From Octopus sinensis (taxonomy: Eukaryota): a stretch of DNA of 64,000 nt. The stretch covers positions 46,438,001-46,502,000 of the forward strand of contig NC_043009.1 of NCBI RefSeq assembly GCF_006345805.1. The letters are read 5' to 3'. The position numbers were made by a program, and so were the translations under genes. Each line of letters begins with the position of its first letter. Position 1 is the first letter of the stretch. Shown one piece after another: positions 1 through 12,635 of the stretch. The notes under the pieces were generated by a model. The model did no database searches. It had not been told where the DNA came from and saw only the letters and a program-made list of their open reading frames with translations.

Positions 1-190
1 ATTGTACTGACCAGACGATCCATCTGTTGACAGCGCCCACAGGAAAACGGGCTTGGCACGCCATGGCTGCTAATGCGTGGACGTTCGCTGCGGCTACGCT
101 ATTTCACATTTTCCTGAACGGAGAGCCGGTGATATCTCCGTTTCAAAGACACACCTTTTTACAAGTCTTCTCTTTGATGGAGCTGTAATT
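1..190 (-). CDS. Putative first coding exon (5'UTR plus N-terminus MACQARFPVGAVNRWIVWSVQ...) of a minus-strand host gene continuing beyond the window
   Basis: The minus strand reads ttaagtaacctttgtcttttcttgactcAG (pyrimidine tract plus acceptor at 192-191), followed by GC-richer non-repetitive sequence and GCAGCCATGG (strong Kozak, ATG at 64-62) opening a frame with no stop up to the window edge. Product unidentifiable. Confidence 0.4.
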
Positions 191-513
191 CTGAGTCAAG
201 AAAAGACAAAGGTTACTTAATTTTAAACCCATTTCTGAAGTTTTGCATTTGAAATATTTGAGTCCAAGTCATCAGAGTGGATAACAATCTCAATCATATT
301 AAGATATGTTTGATTCTGCATGTTTAAAGTAATAACGAAGTAGTTACAATCGCTTACCTTCTCACGTATATGTTGTTCAGTTAACAAAACATTAATAGAT
401 ATTACCATCATATGGTTGACCTAAGCCACTAAAAATTTGCTATACCATCTGACACAGACTCATACCTATGTTAAATACGATATACAAGCATATTAGTAGG
501 AGCAGCAGTAAGT

Positions 514-516
<3 letters not shown>

Positions 517-610
<94 letters not shown>
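517..610. repeat. (CA)n(TA)n compound microsatellite
   Basis: Directly visible. Confidence 0.95.
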
Positions 611-612
<2 letters not shown>

Positions 613-960
613 AGCATAAAAGTCAGGATTTATGAGAGCTAAGTATATATATTTAACCACTTCTTATTAGGATCACGGCCGTTTCGCAGCCATCACAATA
701 CTAATTTCAGTGTATATGAATTGTGTTTACGTGTCTTCACTAAAATGTGTGCTACGTATTATATAGTATAAATGAATATTTACAAATCAGTGCAGATAAA
801 GAAATCTAGCTCATCAGATCACCAGAACATCACTGTTACTCAAATGTTTCAACACTATACATACAAAATTTTCCCTTTATACAGATGGAATGAATGTAAG
901 AACGATACTAGATAAAATTAGCCTTGTATGGTCATTCAAAATACCAAATAAGGTACAATA
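611..960 (-). mobile_element. Short interspersed repeat (PLE pLTR-like) carrying a degenerate hammerhead; paralog at about 20798-21180
   Basis: Shares aagcataaa..tcagga..tatgag.gct.a.tatat..tttaaccac, acggccgtttc and tcagatcacca blocks with 20798-21180. Confidence 0.6.
671..820 (-). ncRNA. Degenerate type-I hammerhead motif (long stem II insert, cleavage triplet mutated to GUG)
   Basis: Minus strand: GAT CTGATGA GC...GC GAAAC GGCC GT G ATC. Confidence 0.45.
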
Positions 961-1113
961 TCTAAGTTCATGGAATTGATAATCCTTAATGTTAAAAAAC
1001 AGGAAGAGATAGTCCGCCCGAGGATCTCTCTGTGGTGGCCACACGATTCTAGGAATCTATATATTGCACAAAAAAATTATATACACAGTTGTGCGCGTGT
1101 GTGTATAGGTAAA

Positions 1114-1133
1114 TAGATAGGTAGACAGACGGG

Positions 1134-1205
<72 letters not shown>

Positions 1206-1227
1206 CAGAAAGAAAGAAAGATAGCCG

Positions 1228-1281
<54 letters not shown>

Positions 1282-1296
1282 GATAGATAGATAGAT
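1114..1296. repeat. (GATA)n microsatellite
   Basis: Directly visible. Confidence 0.95.
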
Positions 1297-3332
1297 AAAA
1301 GCCAACGCATCAGTACAGAAACTCCGTTTATGGAATTCCGTACTAAGTATGAATACCAATTTCTTTCTTAGGGAAATTCGGGTAAATTTTAATCCTGAAA
1401 ACAAAAATTACGCCACGTATGAATAGAAAAATTAACAAAATATAACTGTCTTTTTTAGTAATAATGCATTGTTGTGGTACCTCTAAGTTATGTTCGGCTT
1501 TATGTAGAACCACGTGCAGTACAGTGCACTACTGTAATTCCAGGTGACTGGAAAGAGATCAACACGTTTAAGTACTGGAAAGAAGTGCAAAAAGAAATCA
1601 AAAATGGAAAATACGGACTAGTAAGCTTGATGTTTTACAAAGTGTAGGTGCTGGAAAAATTCAGCAATATTCTAAAAATATTAATGCTTGCAGCATATAT
1701 ACAATGAAAATATAGTCAAATCTAAGTTTAAGATCTCAAGAGCTACTCTTGTTTAACTTCTTGCACATTGTTTACCTTTATAAATGTGATATGATGTTTA
1801 ATATGAAGTTCTTGAGTCTACCTTTATAAATGTGATATGATGTTTGATATGGATGTTCTTGAGTCTAGACGTGATGTAGCAACAAATAAGATGATCATTC
1901 TACAAAAGCCTGAAACTTTTGTAGGACATATTCGTATGAAAGTGGATAGGGTCGCTTGGGCTGCAAATGATTTCTTATCTATTAAAGGCTGGTTTGAAAG
2001 GAATAAGAAGAGCTTAATTTTACAAAATATGTAAGTGATTGAGATAATATTGCTAAGGCTGGTAAAGAAGACTGTTTAAAGAAGAGAGAGCCGTAGAGTA
2101 AGAAAAGATCTCCGTTCACCGGAGTTCAGTTAACTGGGGAAAATATCGTTTGTTGGTACCTACAGAAGAAGTATCCAAGTCTTGGCTGACACAGATGCTA
2201 AATGTGAATGTAACGCAAAAACTCAGTTCACAATTAGCTTAGTTCATAATGTCGTACATAACGCGCTCTATATATCAACTGAAATCTTGTACAATTTCAA
2301 AGTATCATTCCGGAGAGGGATATTTGCAAGGATTAATGCTACTTGAAACAAGTTTGTTGAGTAGCTTATTTAGCTATAATACTTTAATGGGTCAACTAAG
2401 TTTGGATATGTTCTTCTAAGATGTATTTGTTTTGCAAGGTTCCTGATAGGTAATCGTGTATTGAAACAGCTATTGTTATATTTCCATGGACTAAGTAGGA
2501 CAGGAGGGAACACATGGGATGGAGTGTCACTAAAGAGGTCACAGGATGTGTGACGAAAGATTTCCCGACAAGAGACATAAAATAAAATAATGATAAATCT
2601 GAAATCAAGAACGAATATATAGAACGTGCGTTTATTTGGCAAAAATTAAATTACCACCCCGAAATATAAGAGCATCTTCTAAAACTTAAGTAGATAATGA
2701 TAATGGCCATCACTTGAGACAATATTAGTCAAATCTTCCTTCTAATGATTCCTGTTGCATATGCATAGAGCAACGAACATGTATACATAAAGTGTGCTGA
2801 AATTTGGAATAGCCACCCTTTGATTTTACACAGTTGTAAGAGATGTATAAATGAACGAATACTTTAGATTAGAAACACGTTAGAATAAAACATTCAGGAA
2901 TGACGCATAACACCAAAAATTAAACAAGACAATACTTAACATTTCCAACCATTATATAGGTATCCATAATGACACACGAAATAATCGTTTAAAGATTCAT
3001 ATATAAAAAAAACGAAAGCAGAGACTTAGCAATAAATTATATTGTAATAGATCATAGAAGCATTCGCCAGCCAATTCAAACATTCAGGAGAATTTCTTTT
3101 TGTTTTTATTGTTATAGTGTCAATATTTTGGATAACATATATTTGATTTACTAGCTGAAGTGCCATCACCTGGAATTGAGAGTAATAATGTCAATAACGG
3201 GTAAGCTTTCAAATAAACACATTAAATATTACATTCCTGTAGTCGCTTACTTTATGCTTAACATAATTATACACATACATACATACATACATACATACAT
3301 ACATACATACATACATACATACATACATACAT

Positions 3333-3731
3333 GGAGTGGCTGTGTGGGAAGTAGCTAGTTTACCAACCACATGATTTCGGGTTTAGTCCCACTGCGTGGC
3401 ACCTTGAGCAAGTGTCTTCTACTATAGCCTCGGGCCGACCAAAGCCTTGTGAGTGGATTTGGTAGACGGAAACTGAAAAAAGCCCGTCGTATATATGTAT
3501 ATATACATATGCGTGTGTGTGTTTGTGTGTCTGTGTTTGTCCCCATAGCATTGCTTGACAATCGATGCTGGTGTGTTTATGTCCCCGTTACTTAGAGGTT
3601 CGGCAAAATAGACCGATAGAATAAGTACTGGGCTTACAAAGAATAAGTCCCGGGGTCGAGTTGCTCGATTAAAGGCGGTGCTCCAGTATGGCCGCAGTCA
3701 AATGACTGAAATAAGTAAAAGAAAAAGAGAG
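3333..3731 (+). mobile_element. tRNA-derived SINE family A (CORE-like central domain, octopus-type)
   Basis: A-box-like tggctgtgtgg, B-box-like gggtttagtcc, CORE-like gcaccttgagcaagtgtctt, tail ...gcagtcaaatgactgaaataagtaaaag; several copies in the window. Confidence 0.85.
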
Positions 3732-3774
3732 ATATACATATATATAGTATATATATATATATACATATTTTCAG

Positions 3775-4900
3775 TGGGTGCTGAAAAGTTGCTGGCTTGG
3801 GGTAGAAGAAAATACAGGAAAATCAGTTGATTATGATTTTATTCAACGTACCCCCCCCCTCTCGTTTCACACACTTATTGCAATGGTCCTTCAGTTTTTC
3901 TAAGACCTGTAAAAGGAACTCGGAAGTTTGGGCCTTGAACCGGGCCTCTGCAGCAGCGATCACTTCCGAATCGAAGTGAAATTTTGTTCGCTTGTCTTGT
4001 TTCTTCAGTTTTGGAAAGAGGTGATAATCAGGTGCCAAGTCAGGATAGAAAGATGGATTGTATACCAATTGGAAGCCAAAGAAGCGTATTTTCTGTAGAG
4101 TTTCATGTGTTGTGTTTGCTGGTGCATTGTCCTGCAAAAAATAGGTCACCACAGTTCAGGTCTCCACCACAGCTCAGGTTTCGCGCTGTTTGTCCAACAG
4201 AGAAATATAGCATTCTATGTTGGTATTTTAAGAGGAACTCCGTCTTTGTCTCAGAATACTGAAGCCAGAATATTTCCTAATGACTTCTGAATCTAAAACG
4301 TCTTGGTGTGCAGTGAACCTCTGCGGCACCACTCCACTGACTGCTCTTCGGTCTGGGAATCATAAGGATGAAGCCAATATTTATCCATGGTGACAAAACG
4401 AGCCATAAACTCAGCTTCTCCTGCCGCAAACCGTTCCGAAATTGCCTTTGATGTTGTCACTCTGACGCGCTTCTGAGCTGCGTTAAGGTATTTCGGCACC
4501 CGTTTTAGTGGAATGCTTTCTCACGTTCAGAAATTCGTGGATGATGTGGCCAACTCTTTTGTGTGTAATCCTCGGCGTCTCAGCTACGACTTTAGTTGAA
4601 ATCCGGTAGTCCTCAACAATCAAGGCGTCTACAACTTCAGCTTTGTCCTCTGTGATCGCGTTGGCCGTCTTGACCGGGATTCATCTGTGACATCGAAAGG
4701 ACCAGTCCGAAACCTTGACACCATCCTTCAAGACTTCCTTCATCTCACCATGGATTTCCGCCACTCCTTTGCCTTACAAAAAGAGGAACTTTATGACCGC
4801 CTGTGCTTCAATTTTACTAAAATCCACTGTAGGAACTGCCTTCATGCGTTAAATTTGTAAAAAAAAGAGAAGGATATATTGTATACCAGCATGTTGTTGT
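3775..4900 (-). mobile_element. Decayed mariner (DD34D-type) transposon
   Basis: Frameshifted ORF pieces FVTMDKYWLHPYD, FLQDNAPAN, FYPDLAPDYHLF match mariner catalytic motifs (TxDExW, HDNA, YSPDLAPxD). Confidence 0.9.
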
Positions 4901-5343
4901 GCAAATCGTCTCCTAAATAGTTGTCCTATAGAATACTGGTAAGTTCACTGCCATCAATTCACCGTAAAGAAAGTTCACCGCGAGGAAAGTTTACCGAGAA
5001 CATAAATATCCATAGTCTCTCACTAGTAATAGTTAAAAGCTATTTTACTAAAGGTAACAGGTCTACCCGTTCGTGATGCCCTTAAAGACAGGAATTTTTC
5101 AGCAAGCTGTTGTCTAAATGCATGCCAAAATGCACTTAGAAACATATATGCATGTAGAGAGAAAGAGAGACAGAAAGAGCGAAAGAGAGAAAAAAGAAAG
5201 AGGGTGACTGTGATAACTCAGCAGGAATAAAATTTTATATTCAAAAGTATATATGGTTTTATATTTATCTGAAAAAGTATGTACGTGGCTCAAGTTCAGA
5301 GAGTTTCGTGCGTCAAATTTACCAAAGAGTATAACTGAAGGTT

Positions 5344-5403
<60 letters not shown>

Positions 5404-6370
5404 CTATCTCTCTCTCTCTCTCTCATATACATATATAGGAACATTATGCTAATTTGCCAGATGTTACTTTATGGTACAGCTTATGAAAAAGATTAATTGA
5501 AGCATTCCATTTTGAGGGTAATGTGACTGGTACAGATTACTTTAATTTGCGGCAACTTATAACCTGTCAAGTCTGGAAGAGAGCTTATAACTTCCAGCCA
5601 GACGATGCAACGCTTACATAGCCATAGTGATGTAATAGTCTTACCTTCATGAGGAGGTGGCAAAGAAGTGGATTGGGTGAAGACGTTCAGTAGAATCCAC
5701 TGTACGTTCACCGAAATTCACAAAAGTAAGTTTGTAATACAAAACTGTCAACGGTCGACAAAATGAGGGAAGCCACTGCACGGAGAATGCACACCAATGC
5801 TGAACAAAATGTTTTTGTTTTGTTTTGTTGTTGTGAGGGTGTGTTTTAGTTTTTTGCGATTTCATTGCCTTGCATTATCACTAGTGCCTACACTAGTAAG
5901 GTTATCGGTTTTAAAATATGCGTTCACTAGAAACATTCTATCACTAGTAGCGGTAGTATGGGAGCATGCGTTGTAGCAACGCATCTCTGCATCCGCCATT
6001 TGTTGGCGATTCCCTACTACTCCTAGTAAATGACACCTCTGCACCACTCAGGTGATAACCCTCCAATCCATTGGTCTGTTTCGACAGTGGTTACTGGTGA
6101 CAATTTTACGAGGACGGAGTGCAACTATATGCATGAGAATACATACATAAAAACAAAATATACTAATATACATACATACATACAAATTCTATTATTATGA
6201 GTATAATTATAATTAGGGCTCAGCAAAATTTGCCTCACCTCATACCGAAATTTAGAAATAACAGTTAAACTACTATTTTACAACCATAAGAAAATCCCCC
6301 ACACAGCAATACTCAACAACTCACGCAGGTAAAGAGAGAAAAAAATAAGGAATCCACCCGGCTCTGATTA

Positions 6371-6454
6371 ACTGTATACGCGTTTCGGAGTTAGAGAAAT
6401 GTGAAAACATGTAAAATCATATTTCTACTCTCTCATTCTCCTCTTTAGTACAGT
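6371..6454 (-). ncRNA. Type-I hammerhead motif with a G5A core substitution (predicted inactive)
   Basis: Minus strand: ACTGTA CTAAAGA GGAG...CTCC GAAAC GC GTA TACAGT; stem I 6 bp, extended stem II, palindromic stem III ACGCGT. Confidence 0.7.
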
Positions 6455-6479
6455 AATTCAAGATTTTAAATTTGAGAGC

Positions 6480-7265
6480 ACTGAAAATTAACATCCCATT
6501 TGTCACGAGAGATGCTAGCATCTTTCAAGGAAGCTTTCAGCAATTCTTCATACCTCTTTTATGGTTTATGTGGAGGTTGTCTTCCTTTAGCTAACTCTCC
6601 ATAAAAGAGTTGTTTTGGCATCCTTGAATCTTTCATCCTGATCAGATGACCACTCCATTTGAGCCTTTTCTTCAACACAAGTGCTTCTATACTTTCACAC
6701 CGAGAGCCTTCCAATATTTCAAGATCACTGATGCGGTTCTCCCAATTAATGCCATAGATCCGTCTGAGACACATCTGTTGGAAACGTTGCAGCTGTTTAA
6801 GGTAGTATCGATATGTGACCCAGGTATCGCAGGCATAAAGAAGAGAAGAGAGCACACACACCTTGTACATCTTTATCTTTGTCTTCTTATCTTCCTACAT
6901 ATGTCTCGCCGACTCCAGGGGCACCTTTCTAGCCTTCCGAAAGCATTACTTGCTTTCCTAATTCTTTATGGAATTTCACTATCCAAATTGCTATATCTAT
7001 TAACAGTACTTCCCAGGGAAACAAACTGATCAACTACACCAAGTCGTTTACCATACACATAGATATTTGGTTCACTATACTGCTTACCAGGGGCAGGTTG
7101 GTATATGACAACAATTTTCTTGAGACTGACAGTCAATCCTAAGGCAATGCAAGCATCAGAGAATGCATTCAAAATGTGTTGCATATTAATCTCTGTGTGC
7201 GCTACTAGATCACAATCATCTGCATACAAAAGGTCACTTACGATAGAGGTAAATACCTTTTTTTT
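6480..7265 (-). mobile_element. RTE-clade LINE fragment (RT C-terminal half)
   Basis: DLLYADDCDLVAH, GLTVSLKK, YKVCVLSSLLYACDTW, RLKWSGHLIRMKDSRMPKQLFYGEL are RTE/BovB-type RT and thumb motifs. Confidence 0.9.
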
Positions 7266-7327
7266 GCAGCATACGTACATACATTCATACAGAGGAAACT
7301 CGAGAGAGACTGACAAACATACACACT

Positions 7328-7536
<209 letters not shown>

Positions 7537-9994
7537 GTAAACTGTTTTCATTCTTAGTAAATTTTACATAGTCTGCATTGTTAGTGCAACTTATTTTGAC
7601 CTTATAAGGAAGGCGGTATTTGGTCAGATTTTAAATAAGTTTTGAATTCGTTTTGGTTGTGATTTATCTTCTGTGAAGGCAGCAGATCTTTTCCATCACA
7701 CTTTATCTCTACATTAAATGGAGTGTTTAGCACTTCTCTCTGATGTTAATGGTTTCTGTGGAATGGAAGTATTTCCTCTAGTATCTCGACAAACATAGCT
7801 TTGTATTCATATTGTTTTTAAGAAAATACATGGAACATTATGCATTTGAAGTCTGAAAAGAAAGAAGCGACGATATGCATATTTTGTTTATTTGTAAACT
7901 CAAATAGTTTCAAAATGCTTGAAAAGAAAATGTGGAAACCGCCTTCAGGCACATCATCGTATAAATTGTAGAGCTTATTTTGTGCTATTTGAAGTTTAAT
8001 TTGTATAATTTTAAACACATTTATCAAAAGTAGTGGGTAATCATGAAGTGGGAATATGTTAAATGAAGTATTATTGTGCATAGAGGCACATACAAACGCA
8101 GTGAAGTGCAGACAAAGCGTGTTTACCATGTCCATCAAGATCTATCAAACATTTTTGTAGATAGAAATTCTAACGAACTAGGAAGACATCATTCTGCAAG
8201 TGGCCTTACAGCGTGTTTATCAAAAAAACATTTCGAGTATTTTTATACCCTGCCTAAAGTTGTTAGATTACCGTTGTCTCTGTGCTTGGTCAACAGGTTG
8301 TTGCCGATTACATGTGACTGGGTACCTTTATATCTATCGAATGAAAGCTTCTAAAAATATAACATGGGCAGACAAGCATATAAATAAAAGCTATCTTGCT
8401 TTTGTTTTTAAGGGAGTGGATGAAAGAAGGGAAAGAAAAATTGTGTTAATCCCTAGGTAAAACAGAAGTGATAAAATAAATGGGTTACTTATGGCAGTAT
8501 ATGTGCTCTCAGCTCAAATTCATGATGGATATTTCGCCGTAAATTTTTTTTTTCCTACTGTATTTCTCTATCTACACGTGAAGTTATTAGAAATGATAAG
8601 CATTTGACAATCGTTAGCAAATCCATTTCTCACTGCGACCTCTCTGGGGGATTGCATTATTGGTGAATACCATGGATTGTAACCCATTCCAGACTTAGTA
8701 ATCCATTAATTTCAAGATATATGAGACCTTTAATTAGGTGGGCATCTTGTTCAGCCACGAAGACAAATCAGCAATATCACTATATAATTATCATACGTAG
8801 CATCAGACTAATGTGAGACGCTGGTTATAAAACTGAAATAAATAACAGCAATTCTGACAGTACACTATATTTACACACTGAGAAGCACTATGTCATAATG
8901 CTTATGATAATACTTTTCAGTGATAAGCGCATGAGAAAACATACAAGGTGTAATCTAATGAGTAATAGAATAGCACAAACTTGAATAGTTTAACTGGCAA
9001 CACGCTTGCACGACAAGCAAGAGATAACAATTGAGACTTGCAATACTAAATTTGATAAGTGTGGGTCGATAATAAATTGGTATTTAAGGAGGTATGCCGT
9101 TTCATAGATTCTATTAAACTCTTATATACATTAGTACATGTTCGATTTATAATTTTAGCGTTCTTTATAGTAAGTTGATATATTCTAGCTTCTTTGGAGA
9201 ATACAAGTTTTGAAATTGTGTGAAATGTTTAATGATTATTTATACATATGTGAGCGTGTAGAAGAAATTCAACACTACGGAAAATGGTACAGGAATATAT
9301 ACCCACTCTGTGACAAAAGCGAGCTCAGTGTGGAGTAACCAAGAGGTAAAGAAGACGGAGTTCAATTCCGGCAACTGCAGTTTATATTTTCTATATATAT
9401 TTATAGTTTAGTTCGTCATATATGTGTGTGTGCGCGCGTGTGCAAGCATGTGTATATATCTCGAGAGTATGTATGTATATATCTTGCTTTTTTAGTTCAA
9501 GATACAGTACTGTGGTTATCTATGCAGCTGTAACTTTAAAGCTTTTCGGTTATACGAATGCGTGTAGAATTTGAAATACAACTTCTGGAATGTTTAGATA
9601 CCGGCATTATCAACTTTCCGAATTTAATAGTTCGGTACCAGTAATATCTTATGTTGACTTAACACGTGCTTGATAAAAGATAAACTTGTGTCAAAAATAT
9701 ATAATGTATTATTATAGAGTCATTTGATATCAAGTCAGTTGTACATTACTGGTATTTGTTCTGCCTTGGAAGGATTAAATGTAGAGTCAACTTATGCTAG
9801 ATTTCGCTTCGTAATATGACAGAATAGGACTGCGATTTACAACATTTTATTTCGTGCTGCATCGATTCCTGCGTTCAGTGTCATGCATTGGATCCTTCTT
9901 GAAAAATCAAGCCGAACTACAAATAAGTTTCTAATTAGAATAGCTTACAAATTCCATCTTACGTTTCACATGCGTATTGTTATATACTTTATAT

Positions 9995-10229
9995 TTATTT
10001 CTTTATTGCCCACAGGGGGCTAAACACAGAGGGAACAAACAAGGACAAACAAGGGGATTAAGTCGATTACATCGACCCCAGTGCGTAACTGGTACTAAAT
10101 TTATCGACCCCGAAAGGATGAAAGGCAAAGTCGACCTCGGCGGAATTTGAACTCACAACGTAACGGCAGACGAAATACCGCTAAGCATTTCGCCCGGCGT
10201 TTTAACGTTTCTGCCAGCTCGCCGCCTTA
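9995..10229 (-). mobile_element. tRNA-derived SINE family B (Meta-like domain) with 14-bp target-site duplication
   Basis: Minus strand ggcggcgagctggcagaaacg...gagttcaaattccgccgaggtcgactttgcctttcatcctttcggggtcgataaa; tatatactttatat duplicated at 9981-9994 and 10230-10243. Confidence 0.9.
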
Positions 10230-10879
10230 TATATACTTTATATCATTATTATGTACACCGAATTTTAAAAAAAACTTTTAGTGTATCAGGTAGAAAGTCG
10301 TGCGTTCTCCATGAGTTCTAAATTTCCATTCCGCTCTTTCGGGACTGACAAAAAAAAAAAGAAGAAAAACTCAACAGTTTCTGGTGAAGATTCTACTTCT
10401 CTCTGTCTCAGTTTGTCACTCCCTGTTTTATTCCTATACATTTTTTAAAAACTGAGATATCCACTTCTCAAATATTTCACCATCCGGTCTATCAGATCAC
10501 CTAAGCATTATTTGGGAGATAGCGGGGTCTCCTGAGTGGAATTGTAAATAAACTTTCTGTTCAGTTTACGCTCACACACACACATACATAAAACTGTGTG
10601 TCTATGTGCATGCATGTATATATGAATGTGTGTGTGTATATGTGTATGTATGCATGAGATAGTAAGCGGCTGTGATAACGATCTGTTTATGTTTTATCCT
10701 TTTCTGTGCGTATCGTTGCTGTCGGACAAATAGATATTCTTAGAATATACACTAGTTAGCCTGAAATATGATCCAATGTGGTTATGGTCGACTACAAGCT
10801 CGGATGCAGTATCCCATCATGACGACCGTTCAATAACAGAAACGAAAATAAAAAAAAAACATACACAGGCATATTTACA

Positions 10880-10917
<38 letters not shown>

Positions 10918-11438
10918 AATGTATGTATGCATGTATATATGTATATGTATGTAAGTTTGCGTGTTGGTGTCAGTCTGTGCCTGTGTGTTGGGGATGGACA
11001 GATGATCAGTTTCACTTTTCATTTTTGTACAAAGGTCTGTAATTGAACGGAGCGAAATGAAAACGAAAACTTTTTCCATTCATTACTATTCAAAATATAA
11101 AATTTGGATTAAATGAAGGAAACCAACTTAAAAGTCATTAAAACCAGATGGTGAACAACATTAATCAACAGCTGATATTTTTATCTCCTTATATTTTCAT
11201 ATATTAACACTTTCCGATTATTAAAACTAAGTTGACGAGTGTAGTGTAAATGATACTGGTATGTCACCGATGGAAACTTGCATATAACCATGAAATGCGA
11301 TCCAACAATTTAAAATGTTGTATATGATGAAGACTGGGGACTCTGTTTAGACACTTAACCATTTCAACGCCCTTTGCTATGGAATATTTCATTCCATTTA
11401 AATGATAGTAGAGAGTAATGTTTCACATTCTTCTTCTT

Positions 11439-11510
<72 letters not shown>

Positions 11511-12231
11511 TCAAAGCATTTCAAAGCTTCCAACAAACTGTGGGCTTTGCAACAGGTAAAAAAAAAAAAATTGATTTGTATTTTATTCCTATATATTCAA
11601 AATTACAAACGGTTAAGCGTCGCTAAAATGCATTGTGGTGGTATTTTGCTGTGTCTGTTTTACTTTTCTGAGTTCAAATCTCGTCGTCTTCACATAAAGT
11701 CTGGAGCTTTCGATAGATTCCTGTAGAGATCTGAAATTTTTAGACTTTGACAAGGATAGAGTCTAGTTTTTGAAATTGTCAGGGCTGATGGTCTTGTCGA
11801 GTGGGGAAAAAGAGGATCTATTTTATCATATGTCGGGTGATCTGCGAGTAAACTCGTCCCCTTCTGGACTTGTTCATAACAAATATGGTGGAGAGCTCTA
11901 CATGATATTTTTACATGATCAGAAATTCCTGGGGGGAAGGCAGTTATGTTGTCGAATATTTGATTTCTACACCTAGATGGGAATATATATTATTGACTAT
12001 CCGAAGAATGAAAGCTAAAATAGATTATAATGGAAATTTGATGTAGGCTCTTAAGGGACATAGATCAAAAGCTTTCGATTTACTTTGGCTTTTGACTTTT
12101 TACCAGTTTTTATTTTATGTTCTATAGTTTTCTGTTGATATGATATATCAAAAGCTTTATTGTATTTCGCAATTATTGTTTGCAAAAACAAGTTAATTTG
12201 CAGATAGACTTCGTTGACTTTTGTAAACATT

Positions 12232-12635
12232 AGGCGCAGGAGTGGCTGTGTGGTATGTAGCTTGCTAACCAGCCACATGGTTCCGGGTACAGTCCCACTG
12301 CGTGGCACATTGGGCAAGTGTCTTCTGCTATAGCCCCGGGCCGACTAATGCCTTGTGAGTGGATTTGGTAGACGGAAACTGAAAGAAGCCTGTCGTATAT
12401 ATGTATATATATGTATATGTGTGTTTGTGTGTCTGTGTTTGTCCCTCTAGCATTGCTTGACAACCGATGCTAGTGTGTTTATGTCCCCGTTACCTAGCGG
12501 TTCGGCAAAAGAGACCGATAGAATAAGTACTGGGCTTACAAAAGAATAAGTCCCGGGGTCGAATTGCTCGATTAAAGGTGGTGCTTCAGCATGGCCGCAG
12601 TCAAATGACTGAAACAAGTAAAAGAGTAAAAGAGT
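12232..12635 (+). mobile_element. SINE family A, full length
   Basis: High similarity to 3333-3731, with head aggcgcaggagtggctgtgtgg and tail gtaaaagagtaaaagag. Confidence 0.9.

Noticed and set aside
3333-3400. tRNA-like A/B boxes in SINE heads
   Set aside because: No full cloverleaf; these are SINE promoters, not tRNA genes.
7818-8460. ORFs of 86-106 aa in unique-looking AT-rich sequence
   Set aside because: No convincing motif or splice context; cannot be assigned by eye.
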